From the IMG/VR virus record IMGVR_UViG_3300045256_000188, positions 19,426-83,425 of that record: 64,000 bases of DNA, one strand, 5' to 3'. This document shows, one piece after another, positions 47,801 to 56,672 of this stretch; the stretch's first letter is position 1; every line of letters starts with the position of its first letter. A program made the position numbers and the translations under genes. Under the pieces are notes generated by a model that saw only the letters and a list, made by a program, of their open reading frames with translations, had not been told where the DNA came from and did not search any database. The stretch comes from a virus.

Positions 47801-48340
47801 TTGCATTCTCAAACTATATCCAACCAACCATTGTCGCAACAACGGCACCCTCTAGGCCCCACAGCGAGCCATAAACCAATTCCCATCGGCACGCAGTTCG
47901 GGGCTCTCAGAATCGATTCAGAGCCCTTCCGGATCGAAGAACGCCACCCTAGCCATATCTATTATGACTGCACATGCGAATATGGGAAACAACGACCATT
48001 TTATGTCTGTCGTCTGACCACCAAGACCGACCCCGCTCGCTCTTGCGGATGTGGGGCGGACGGTCCAATGGAGAGTCGGATTTGTGCTACTCCCGACTGT
48101 GGACGAATCAGCAAACGTGGTCGTTTATGCGGGAAATGTGCTTACCGCAGAGATGGAAAGACCCAGCATACTACGTGGATTAATGGGCAACCGATAAAGA
48201 CTCAATGTACACAGCCACAATAGATAGAATCAAATCAAAACAGGGATACATACCAGGAAATGTTCAATTGGTCTGCCACGCGATAAATATAGCGAAAGGC
48301 CCCTGGGACGATCGGCAATTCCGCAACTTTTTACACTAAC
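47801..48340 (+). pseudogene. Degenerate HNH homing endonuclease
   Basis: FGALRI ... YDCTCEYG ... SCGC, then in another frame IDRIKSKQGYIPGNVQLVCHAINIAKG. Confidence 0.7.
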
Positions 48341-48345
48341 TCAAA

Positions 48346-48687
48346 TCAATGGCGCTTCCAGAATTCGTCAGCCAGCAGCCACCCACGGACCCAGCCTCGC
48401 ATGAAATCGCCTATGGTCGGCGTCGGTTCAAACTTGCCCTCGGCCTTGAGGACGGTCATCCGGTAGTAAGCGGCCCGCACCTTCACTGAATGCCAGTGCT
48501 CGGTCAAGCACGGGTAGTTGAGGTTGGCAGCGAGTTGAAGCTCGCCGTTGACCCGCATCAGATCCTCGTAGTTCATCGCCAGGATGTCGTTGAGGATTTG
48601 TTCCTCGCGGGCATCGCGGATGTCGAAATTGATGCGGGGGTCCACGTAAGGGAAACGCATGTCTTGTTCCGGTTGTAGGGTGGTCAT
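48346..48687 (-). CDS. Hypothetical protein
   Basis: 113 aa with GAGGA RBS. Confidence 0.65.
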   Translation of the reverse strand: MTTLQPEQDMRFPYVDPRINFDIRDAREEQILNDILAMNYEDLMRVNGELQLAANLNYPCLTEHWHSVKVRAAYYRMTVLKAEGKFEPTPTIGDFMRGWVRGWLLADEFWKRH

Positions 48688-48769
48688 GTATCGTCCTCTG
48701 AGTCGCTGTGGCAGATACCCACAACCGGGTTAATGCATGCGGACTGCTCCACGCAACGTTGATAAATAA

Positions 48770-50074
48770 CTATCGGCCGCCGCCTCCCACCTTCTTGCCT
48801 TCCGCATCATAGTCGAACCGTGAACAGTACAGGTCGGTCAACCACTCCTGCATTGTCACGATGTGGTGGAATCCGTAGACCAACCAGTTGCCAGTCGTCC
48901 ACCAGAAATCCTCACCACCATCCCGCTTACCCGCGGTCCACTTGATGAAGATGGTGTCCACCCCCAGGCCCTCGGTGGAAGACCACTCACCGTGGCCAAG
49001 CACCCTAAACTTGGCCCGCAGTAGAGCATTAGTCATGTTCAACCACATCGCTCGACCGCGGCCGTCAATATAGTCTTGGAAGTTGATACCCAAGTCCCCG
49101 GCCGAATAGATCTCAGGAATAGACGTGACCGACGACCAACCAGCGGCCTTGTTCCCAATCGAATCGACGGGCTTGGTGAAAGACTGGTCGTCGGTCACAC
49201 GAACAATCTGCTTATTCGAAGTGTTCGAGTCCTTGGTGAAGACCTTCTTCTGTTTACTGTCGGTGATCTTGTCCAGGTAGTGCCCGGAGACGGCGGCACT
49301 TCCGGCAGTAACCAGGGCTTGTTGGACGATGCTGAGGGCGTTGTCAGCCTTGAGGCTGACCTCCTGGATGGTATCGTTGGCCCCAGACGTGAAGTAACGG
49401 TAGAAAGCCCGTTGCTTTGATGGGAGGGACGCCTGTTCCTTGATGATAAGCCGGGTGCCGTCCATCTGGATCATCCATTGCGTCTGCTTCTGGGTGATCG
49501 CCGCCGACCAGTCTGTGAGACTGGAAATGAAGGTCTTCGGGTCCTGACGCAGGAGCCACCACTTGTTGAACTCAGAATCGGTAGTCCGGCCGATTTCGAG
49601 GTTGATACCGGGAGCGTAGTCAGACACCACTTTCTGGATCACTTGATCCACCCGCCCCTTATAGCAGTCACCCCCGGCATCACCACAGTTCAGATACCAT
49701 GACGGCGGGTCGATGGCGATGAACTCCAGGTTCCCGACGTCGGCTGGGCCGCCAACGGTATCCAGGGATATCAGAATAGCAGTCTGGGTGCGGGTGGCGG
49801 TTTCCGGGTAGGTGCCGTCCGGCCCCTGCAGAATCTGGAAGGTGATCTGGACTGGTTTGGTCCGCGTCTCCTTGAAATATCCTTCCTCGATGAGTCTCGA
49901 CAGAAGATTATAGTGGGCATCGAACAGCTTAGCTCGAACGATATAGCCGCCGTTCACCATCCCACGGAACTCAAAGCTCCGGAAAAGGTCGCCATAGTTC
50001 TTCCCAGGCAGTCCGCCTAGCTCGAAGGTGAGCTTGATTTGCGGACGTGCTTTGGATTTTGGTTCCAGTGGCAT
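48770..50074 (-). CDS. Baseplate hub/tail protein (gp27/GpD-like, tentative)
   Basis: About 430 aa; C-terminal TGNWLVYGFHH; GGGAGG RBS; tail-module context. Confidence 0.55.
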   Translation of the reverse strand: MPLEPKSKARPQIKLTFELGGLPGKNYGDLFRSFEFRGMVNGGYIVRAKLFDAHYNLLSRLIEEGYFKETRTKPVQITFQILQGPDGTYPETATRTQTAILISLDTVGGPADVGNLEFIAIDPPSWYLNCGDAGGDCYKGRVDQVIQKVVSDYAPGINLEIGRTTDSEFNKWWLLRQDPKTFISSLTDWSAAITQKQTQWMIQMDGTRLIIKEQASLPSKQRAFYRYFTSGANDTIQEVSLKADNALSIVQQALVTAGSAAVSGHYLDKITDSKQKKVFTKDSNTSNKQIVRVTDDQSFTKPVDSIGNKAAGWSSVTSIPEIYSAGDLGINFQDYIDGRGRAMWLNMTNALLRAKFRVLGHGEWSSTEGLGVDTIFIKWTAGKRDGGEDFWWTTGNWLVYGFHHIVTMQEWLTDLYCSRFDYDAEGKKVGGGGR

Positions 50075-50107
50075 GATCCCTCCCCTGTAGACTTAAGTAC
50101 ATAGGCT

Positions 50108-50453
50108 ATGATGTTACCGGGCAGCTTCGACCACGACACCAAAGCGAGTGTGTAATTCTGCCTAGCACAAGGATGCTGGCCGATGGGCAGTCGTTTCTAC
50201 CGCACCGCCAGTGACGAATCCGATTGGGACTTCCTCAGCACCGATGGGGCCGGATTTAAGGGCTGGACCCGCCAGCCGCACCCCGGGCTTCGACACCAAC
50301 TTAGTGTGTTACTACCACCGCGGAATAATGCAAGTCAAGATAGTCAAGGACTTGAAGAAGCAGATCATCTTCAAAAACTACCTTGGGCCACTCTTCAACC
50401 CCTTCCCTAAGAGCTTCCGCCCCAGCTTGTTCCACTGGTTCGACCAAATAACT
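50108..50453 (+). pseudogene. Disrupted nucleotidyltransferase-like domain (first of a tandem pair)
   Basis: KASV*FCLAQGCWPMGSRFY ... SDWDF; TAA at 50153 and a frameshift near 50285. Confidence 0.65.
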
Positions 50454-50918
50454 ATGCTATTACACGCCGACTACGACAAGACAACGAAAGACGCGGTGGA
50501 CTTCTGCGTCGGTCTTGGTTGCTGGCCAATGGGTAGCCGATACTACGGCACCAACGCCCCAAATGCCGATTGGGATTTCTTCGACCTGTACAGCGAAGAA
50601 CTGAAAGCGAAATTCCTGGCCGACGGTTGGGTCTATTCGCCACCACAGGAGTCTGTCCCAAATGCGGTGTGTTTCTTCACCAAGCCGGGGGCCAACGTTC
50701 AGATTCAACTTGTTGAGAATCTGAAAGTCCAGATCATGCTGCGGAATTGCCTGAAGTACTGGCTGACAGTCTTCCCGAAAAGCCACCGTTATATGGCCAT
50801 TTGGAGCTTCTACACGATCATCCAACAAACCTTGCTGTCAGAGCCAGAATTCTACGCTGAACCGCAGAACTCCGATAAAACGCTCATCTACAGCGACAAC
50901 GATTTCTGGAAAAATTGA
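50454..50918 (+). CDS. Pol-beta superfamily minimal nucleotidyltransferase-like protein
   Basis: GCWPMGSRYYGTNAPNADWDFF (GS-x-DxD motif). Confidence 0.65.
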   Translation: MLLHADYDKTTKDAVDFCVGLGCWPMGSRYYGTNAPNADWDFFDLYSEELKAKFLADGWVYSPPQESVPNAVCFFTKPGANVQIQLVENLKVQIMLRNCLKYWLTVFPKSHRYMAIWSFYTIIQQTLLSEPEFYAEPQNSDKTLIYSDNDFWKN

Positions 50919-51196
50919 TGGATCTGGTCTTTGTTCGCTACGTTCCGAAGGATACCATGATGCTCCTGGTGGATCTAGGAACCCGGAACAACAAGTTGTG
51001 CGGGCTCGTCTCCGAGAAAATATCAGACGGTGAACGGGCCAAGATTATGTCGTCGCGGACGGTTCTCGACGCCATGAGCGTGGAACGGAAAATTCAGTGG
51101 CTCCGCGACCACTGCCCAGTCGCATACAAGACGGCCTACCGCGAAATCCACAATTCGAACGCCCAGATTCTGTCTCGCCATACTATGTCAAAGTAA
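50915..51196 (+). CDS. Hypothetical protein
   Basis: Coupled to the previous gene; 93 aa. Confidence 0.6.
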   Translation: MMDLVFVRYVPKDTMMLLVDLGTRNNKLCGLVSEKISDGERAKIMSSRTVLDAMSVERKIQWLRDHCPVAYKTAYREIHNSNAQILSRHTMSK

Positions 51197-51252
51197 CCGT
51201 AGCTTTCCTCTTTGTCTCGTGAGGGCACTCTCCATACACTGATTTAGCCCAA

Positions 51253-51660
51253 TTACAATTCATACAAAGAGCCTGGAGGTCGGTGCTGATTGCCGTCATT
51301 GTTGATGTGGTCCAAAGTTAGAAACTCGAAGCTCTCGCCACAGCACTTGCAGGTCGTGCCGTAATGGTCGAAAACCGTACGACGGAGTTTAGCGTAATAT
51401 CTCTTAAAAATGGGTCGATTGGCATCCAGATTGTTACTACGCCATTCACTCACCGCTCTTTTCGCTTTGTCCTTTTTGGCTAGACGATACAATCTTGCAT
51501 TCTCTCTAGCCCGTTGCAAACATTTCTCACACCCTCTCTTGCCAGGGGCCGGTGGGCATGCCCCACACATCGGGCACAGCCCACCCGCGACTTTCTGTAC
51601 TCTAGCGGCGGCTTTCAAGATTGACCCCAGAACTTGTTGTTGGCACAGAACGTCGCAACG
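51253..51660 (-). pseudogene. Truncated Cys-rich HNH-type endonuclease
   Basis: CPMC ... CEKC ... VFDHYGTTCKCCGE ... FLTLDHINNDGNQHR; lacks the C-terminal LCxNCN seen in the paralog at 53700. Confidence 0.65.
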
Positions 51661-51733
51661 GTGTATTTCAACACACGGCCATTCCCGACACAAGGTAGTC
51701 AACATGTGGCACAACAAGTCTACGAAAGAAACC

Positions 51734-52282
51734 ATGAATGAGTCGAAACCCCGCCGTCTGACGCTTAAGGACGAGGGAGCCGTCAAAAAGATCCAAGACT
51801 GGTGGAAGTACATCCAGCAAGAGTGGAAAGAAGTCATCGACTGGTGCGGCTTCGCGCCCGGCTCCGACCTGGAAAAGACCGCCTATTTCATGATGATGGG
51901 ATTCATGACCCAGGACACCCGCCACATCAAGATAGTCATGCCGAACTGTTCTCGTGAATGGTTGCAATTCCGGCGTGAACGTGCCCGCAAATATGGCATC
52001 TGGTGCGGCAACCGCACCCTCAGGGCGGAGTGGTTCAACCTCGCCGACAAGAAGGACATGTCGGCAGAAGTGTCGTTCCTCGTGAACGTCATGGTGATCA
52101 ACGGCGACATGGAAGTGGTCAAGCAGTACAACCACAAAACCGGGAAGTATGAACGGGCCTACCGTCTCAGCAAGGAAGGACTGGTGTGGGCTCGCCAACT
52201 ACTTAAAGAGCCGGAGCGTCTGCCCCGACCTTCCAAGAAAGAACTCGACCGCTACGCTGACGACGAGAACCCCAATGGCTGA
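51734..52282 (+). CDS. Hypothetical protein
   Basis: Start refined to MNESKP; GC3-rich coding pattern. Confidence 0.65.
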   Translation: MNESKPRRLTLKDEGAVKKIQDWWKYIQQEWKEVIDWCGFAPGSDLEKTAYFMMMGFMTQDTRHIKIVMPNCSREWLQFRRERARKYGIWCGNRTLRAEWFNLADKKDMSAEVSFLVNVMVINGDMEVVKQYNHKTGKYERAYRLSKEGLVWARQLLKEPERLPRPSKKELDRYADDENPNG

Positions 52283-52571
52283 GGAAATGCCGATCTTAAA
52301 AGCACTCCGGCGGCTCATCACACCACAATTTATCAAGCCGGAGTGGATTATCTGGACCAAGAGCAAACGATTCTACGAATGGGAGTTCCAGCCGGACGGC
52401 TTCTGCCGTGAGCATTCACTCACCATCGACTTCAACCACTCGCACGGCGGCGTGCGAGTGTATATCCAGAACCATCTAGGAAAAGAGCAGTACTTCGACA
52501 TCCCGTGGGCAGATCCAGAATGCGACACCAAGGTCGTAAAGATGCTCAAGGATTGGTTCGTGATGCTATGA
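52275..52571 (+). CDS. Hypothetical protein
   Basis: MAEEMP start overlapping the previous stop. Confidence 0.6.
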   Translation: MAEEMPILKALRRLITPQFIKPEWIIWTKSKRFYEWEFQPDGFCREHSLTIDFNHSHGGVRVYIQNHLGKEQYFDIPWADPECDTKVVKMLKDWFVML

Positions 52572-52602
52572 CAGGAAGGCGGGCTCGACACCGCCGACTT
52601 CC

Positions 52603-53736
52603 CTAACCCGTCAGTCGGTGGAGAGCGGCCAGATTCTTAGCGGTGATTGGTAGGATGCCCTTATCGTGCCGGGCACGCACTTCTTCCCGGCTCACCTTCA
52701 ACTCTTCTAGAATCTCGTTCCAGTCCTTGGTATATTTCGTCTCGTCGCCCTTCTGGAATGGCAGCTTCGGAGGCAGACTGTAGTAGAGCTTGTAGCCTTC
52801 GCCATTCAGTAACTTGGCGTTGGAGATAACGCTTTTGATCCCGGCCTTATCATTGTCCGGGGATAAGATGATGCCTTTCCGTGGCCCCAAGATGCGGATT
52901 TTGGCGATCTGGGCCGGGGTGAGCACGGCACCACCGGAAGCCATGGCCTGTTCACCTAGGGTATACTGGCCGAAGATGCTCTCGGTGATGATGAGGTAGC
53001 TGGCACTTTCGCAGTCGTCGAAACCGTAGAGGAAATCGCCTTTCGACCCTTCCGTTTCTCCGGTGACCTGTCCCTTGCGGTCGTAGATCACCTTGTCCGG
53101 GAATCGGTAGATCTTATTGAAGCGATTTCGGCTCTGCCAGCACACGAGGTTGCCGAATTCGTAGTACGGCCAGTAGCAGTCCATACTGAGGTAGTGGATG
53201 TCGTAGCGGTCGATGTCCTCGATCGAGTAACCCCGCTTCTTGAGCCATGAAATGATAATGGCGGCTTGCGGGTCATCTTGATTGGAGGCCAGCCGCTCCG
53301 TGCCATCAGGAAGGGTCACGATGACTTTCCGGATGGCCTCTGTGGTGCTATGCCGATTTTCGGGCCGCAGGTAGCTCCCGATGTCAACGGACGTACCGAG
53401 AACCTCACGGAGGGCGTCGGCGTAGGAGCATTTTCGGTAAAGCTTGACGAATTTGATGAAGCTGCAGTTTCGCTTTTTGGTGGTAGGGTTGATCGGCCCT
53501 GCCCACTCATCGCCAGTCCAACAATGCACCACCCCCATTGTTGGATTAATGTTCATCTTGAAGGACTGATCTGCATCGAATGGATTACAAATCAGCAACT
53601 CCTCACCACCTTTCCTTTCTTTGTAATCGAAGTTTCGCGCTACCCATGCCCTGATCTTGACTTCTGGGAGTCTCTTGCCATGGCCGCTCTTAAATCGATC
53701 TAGGGCTGCTTGGTATTTTGAGTTTGGTGCGGACAT
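52603..53736 (-). CDS. DNA primase-like TOPRIM protein
   Basis: N-terminal ICNPF ... HCW; WLKKRG; LYGFD; IITES; SPDNDKAG; KDWNE. Confidence 0.8.
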   Translation of the reverse strand: MSAPNSKYQAALDRFKSGHGKRLPEVKIRAWVARNFDYKERKGGEELLICNPFDADQSFKMNINPTMGVVHCWTGDEWAGPINPTTKKRNCSFIKFVKLYRKCSYADALREVLGTSVDIGSYLRPENRHSTTEAIRKVIVTLPDGTERLASNQDDPQAAIIISWLKKRGYSIEDIDRYDIHYLSMDCYWPYYEFGNLVCWQSRNRFNKIYRFPDKVIYDRKGQVTGETEGSKGDFLYGFDDCESASYLIITESIFGQYTLGEQAMASGGAVLTPAQIAKIRILGPRKGIILSPDNDKAGIKSVISNAKLLNGEGYKLYYSLPPKLPFQKGDETKYTKDWNEILEELKVSREEVRARHDKGILPITAKNLAALHRLTG

Positions 53737-54332
53737 GATCCACCATTATGATGGCGAGCAGCATTACAGTTATAGCACAAAACCCGGTAGCCAACAGGGT
53801 AACCATTGTTCTTTAACCAGCGGTAAATCGATACTCCGCCATGGCCTATTTCCCGCCGGTGTCTGTTTCCACCACCATCGATATGGTCGATCGTGAGGAA
53901 GTCAAGCACACTTGACTGTTCTGGACACCCAGGACAAGAACAATGCGGCCCTCCATAAGCCACAAAAGCGGCCAATTTGAGAACAACTGCAGCCGCACGA
54001 CGCTTAGAACCACATGTCGCACAGCGATACTTGGTGAAACCACAGGGGGAGGAACACTCCTTACAGACACCATCAATCCGTTCCTGTCGTGAACGTTTTA
54101 GTGAAGAAGAGAATATTTTAGCACATTCTTCACAACGCTTCTGGTCAATAACCGGCGGCATGCGGCCACAAGTAACACAGAGACGATCGCGGCTCCGCCG
54201 CTCTCGCTGCCTTTTCATCTGAGCCAAGTGCAAATCTAGGTGGTGCTGACATCTTGATTTACCTGGCACGGCCTCTCGCTTACATCGTGAGCATAGCATG
54301 TTCGGCCCTCCCCCCACCCACCTTTGACTCAA
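53700..54332 (-). CDS. HNH-type homing endonuclease with Cys-rich repeats
   Basis: Multiple CxxC; AYGGPHCSC; LTIDHIDGGG ... RVLCYNCN. Confidence 0.8.
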   Translation of the reverse strand: MSQRWVGGGPNMLCSRCKREAVPGKSRCQHHLDLHLAQMKRQRERRSRDRLCVTCGRMPPVIDQKRCEECAKIFSSSLKRSRQERIDGVCKECSSPCGFTKYRCATCGSKRRAAAVVLKLAAFVAYGGPHCSCPGCPEQSSVLDFLTIDHIDGGGNRHRREIGHGGVSIYRWLKNNGYPVGYRVLCYNCNAARHHNGGSCPHQTQNTKQP

Positions 54333-54513
54333 ATACGACGAGTGGGCTAGTCGAAGTTGCGTTCGATCCAGGCGATGATTTTGGCGGGCGGTATTTGCTT
54401 CCCCCGCCCGCCTGCCACTTTGCCACGGAAGAATTGAAGATCGTATTTATTGCCTTTGGTAGCCATGTCGCTCAAATACGCCCCGCCCAGGGGCTACACC
54501 CCTGTAGGGCATG

Positions 54514-55002
54514 CTACTTCTTAATAGAAATCGAGACCACGATGTCAATCACAGCCACCACAAAACCGGCGACGGCCCCTAGCATGATGACTTTAGCCTT
54601 GAAACTGGTGAGTTCCTTGTCGATCTTCTCCAGCTTCTTCTCGGTCTTTTCGAGGTCATTCTCGTGTTTGGTGATTGTCTTCTTCAGTTCACCAATCTGC
54701 TTCTCGTGGCGAGTTTCGACTTCCTTGGCCTTCTTGGCTGCTTCTTCCTCGATATCTCGGATTTTCTTCTCGAAGTCGTCGTCCATAGTTCGTACGGTGT
54801 CCCGTAGTTTGTCAAGGATGTGGGCCTTGGCATCGTTTAGGGCCTGGGCCATGGCCATCTGGGTGTTTTGACCCTGAGTTTGGGTAACTGCCACCTGAGT
54901 GCCCAGCCGTTCCAATTCTGCCAAGACAAGACGACGATATTCGGCCCACCCATTCTGGCCGTCTCCGTTAGGCACGGTCTTGTTCGCAGTTGTTGCAGCC
55001 AT
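54514..55002 (-). CDS. Coiled-coil protein with C-terminal TM helix (holin-like, tentative)
   Basis: WAEYRRLVLAELERL; coiled coil; VIMLGAVAGFVVAVIDIVV. Confidence 0.55.
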   Translation of the reverse strand: MAATTANKTVPNGDGQNGWAEYRRLVLAELERLGTQVAVTQTQGQNTQMAMAQALNDAKAHILDKLRDTVRTMDDDFEKKIRDIEEEAAKKAKEVETRHEKQIGELKKTITKHENDLEKTEKKLEKIDKELTSFKAKVIMLGAVAGFVVAVIDIVVSISIKK

Positions 55003-55450
55003 TAGCTCTCCAGGTGAGTCGTGAACTGGCTTCTGGACAGCTTAGGCACGTCGCGGGCACCAGTCGTCCGATCAGGTTGGAGGTGCCTCCCCGCCACTTC
55101 GTCGCAGAGAACTCCACCACTCGGTAGTGTCCGTCAGCGTGACGAGTGCGGCACACGAGCCCATTCAGATCGTGGGTAACCAGATGGCCGACCGCTTCCC
55201 GCATCGCCGGCTGGTCTTCCGGATGGATGAGATGCAACCAAGGCGTCTCCTCCATCGTCTCTTCTGTCCACCCTAGTATTTTCTGCCAGGATTGATTAAC
55301 TTGTAGGAAAAACCCATCAATGCTGATGACGGCCAGAAGGTCTGGTGATAGGTCGAAGAAACTCTGCAGCAGACCTTCGTGGCCTTCAAGTGTGTCACAC
55401 AGTTCCCGCAGGCGTAGCAAGCCCACGGGAGCTTCGAGAACCTGTGGCAT
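54968..55450 (-). CDS. Stand-alone PAS domain protein
   Basis: FFDLSPDLLAVISIDG.FLQVNQSWQKILGWT ... IHPED ... RHADGHYR. Confidence 0.88.
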   Translation of the reverse strand: MPQVLEAPVGLLRLRELCDTLEGHEGLLQSFFDLSPDLLAVISIDGFFLQVNQSWQKILGWTEETMEETPWLHLIHPEDQPAMREAVGHLVTHDLNGLVCRTRHADGHYRVVEFSATKWRGGTSNLIGRLVPATCLSCPEASSRLTWRANGCNNCEQDRA

Positions 55451-55458
55451 GATTATCC

Positions 55459-56322
55459 TCACGCGATGGTGACAATGAATTTTTTGCTGACCCGCGTCGA
55501 ACCGTCCGGAAGAGCCAGAGTCAAGAAATACCAGTAGGTGCCCTTGAGGAAGCGAGTCGTGTCAAGGTCGTACTGGACCACCCATGGGTGGGTACGGTAG
55601 GACCCCTGCCGAATGCCAATCCGACATTCTTCCTTATCAACTAGAACCTCGTGGTTCTGAGTCATAATCGTGATGGTCGGTTGCAAGAACGGAATCAGCG
55701 GCACCACCAGATTGTAGTTGAAGTCGTAAAGCGGCAGTGGGATGATCCCCACTTCCATCGGCCGCTTCTCAGGCGAGTTGAACTTGTTGTCGAGAGGTTC
55801 GAAGTCGAACCGCACCGTCTGCAACCCATCCTGGCAGAACCAGTTTTCTGGGTACACCCAGAAACGGTGGCAACATTTGAGCAGTTGGGCCTGAACTTCG
55901 ACGTCATCGAGTTCGTCAGCGGTCGGGCTGGTGCCGTTCTCAACCGGGTTGGTCGGGAAGTAGTACCAGAGGTCGAAGTAAATGTCGGGAACGACGGAAT
56001 CGACGGGGACGAGGTACGGCAGATGGTACTTGCCCGGCTTGTAGACACCGGAGGCAGATGGCTCTGTACCACAGGCTCCAGTTGGGTCCTCGATCTCGTC
56101 ACGGCATAGGGGTGCCGGATAGAGGGCGTCTGTTGGTTCAGCGATGGGGATAGTGGCGACGAGGTTGTGTGGCAGGATCTGGGTCTTATAGATCTCCACC
56201 TTGTAGATGGCGAAGGGGTCCGTGGGCTTCCCACTGTTGTAGAAGTCCACGTTGAGATCTACGACTTGCCCACGACGGGCACTGATCCGCGGTAGTGCGT
56301 TGGCCAGCTCGGGACACGCCAT
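55459..56322 (-). CDS. Hypothetical (probable virion) protein
   Basis: AGGAGG RBS; beta-rich; candidate late promoter upstream. Confidence 0.65.
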   Translation of the reverse strand: MACPELANALPRISARRGQVVDLNVDFYNSGKPTDPFAIYKVEIYKTQILPHNLVATIPIAEPTDALYPAPLCRDEIEDPTGACGTEPSASGVYKPGKYHLPYLVPVDSVVPDIYFDLWYYFPTNPVENGTSPTADELDDVEVQAQLLKCCHRFWVYPENWFCQDGLQTVRFDFEPLDNKFNSPEKRPMEVGIIPLPLYDFNYNLVVPLIPFLQPTITIMTQNHEVLVDKEECRIGIRQGSYRTHPWVVQYDLDTTRFLKGTYWYFLTLALPDGSTRVSKKFIVTIA

Positions 56323-56345
56323 TGTCCGGTCCTCCTAGCTGACTT

Positions 56346-56353
56346 TATCTTTG
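56346..56353 (-). promoter_or_regulatory. Candidate late promoter CAAAGATA (one of about 8 similar sites)
   Basis: AAAnnTA motif recurs upstream of structural genes. Confidence 0.4.
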
Positions 56354-56361
56354 TACACAGA

Positions 56362-56394
56362 ACGAGCCCGAACACTTATTGTGTCCGGGCTCGT
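56362..56394 (-). terminator. Stem-loop, putative terminator
   Basis: acgagcccg ... cgggctcgt inverted repeat just after the stop at 56408. Confidence 0.5.
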
Positions 56395-56407
56395 GAAATG
56401 CTGGTGA

Positions 56408-56672
56408 CTACCATCGGCGTCTCGACATGCTGGGCCGGGAGATCGACGGTCGGGACGGCATACTTGGTTTGCGGACCGAGCCCATCTGTTGCTTTTCTCG
56501 CTCCGCCTTCTCCTTGTACTCCCGCTCCAACCGCTTGATGTACCAAGCCCTCTCTTCCGCTGGCATCTGGGCTTGTTCGAACAGGCTGAGGCCGCCGTAC
56601 TCCTTAAGCTGAAATCGTTGCTCCATCAACTGATGCCACGCCCGGTCGAACTCCTCAGGACTTTGCCGGGCG
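56408..56672 (-). CDS. Small baseplate hub/tail assembly protein (gp51-like), possibly made by a frameshift from the upstream gene
   Basis: QLKEYGGLSLFEQAQMPAEERAWYIKRL; open frame overlaps the 3' end of the upstream gene. Confidence 0.6.
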
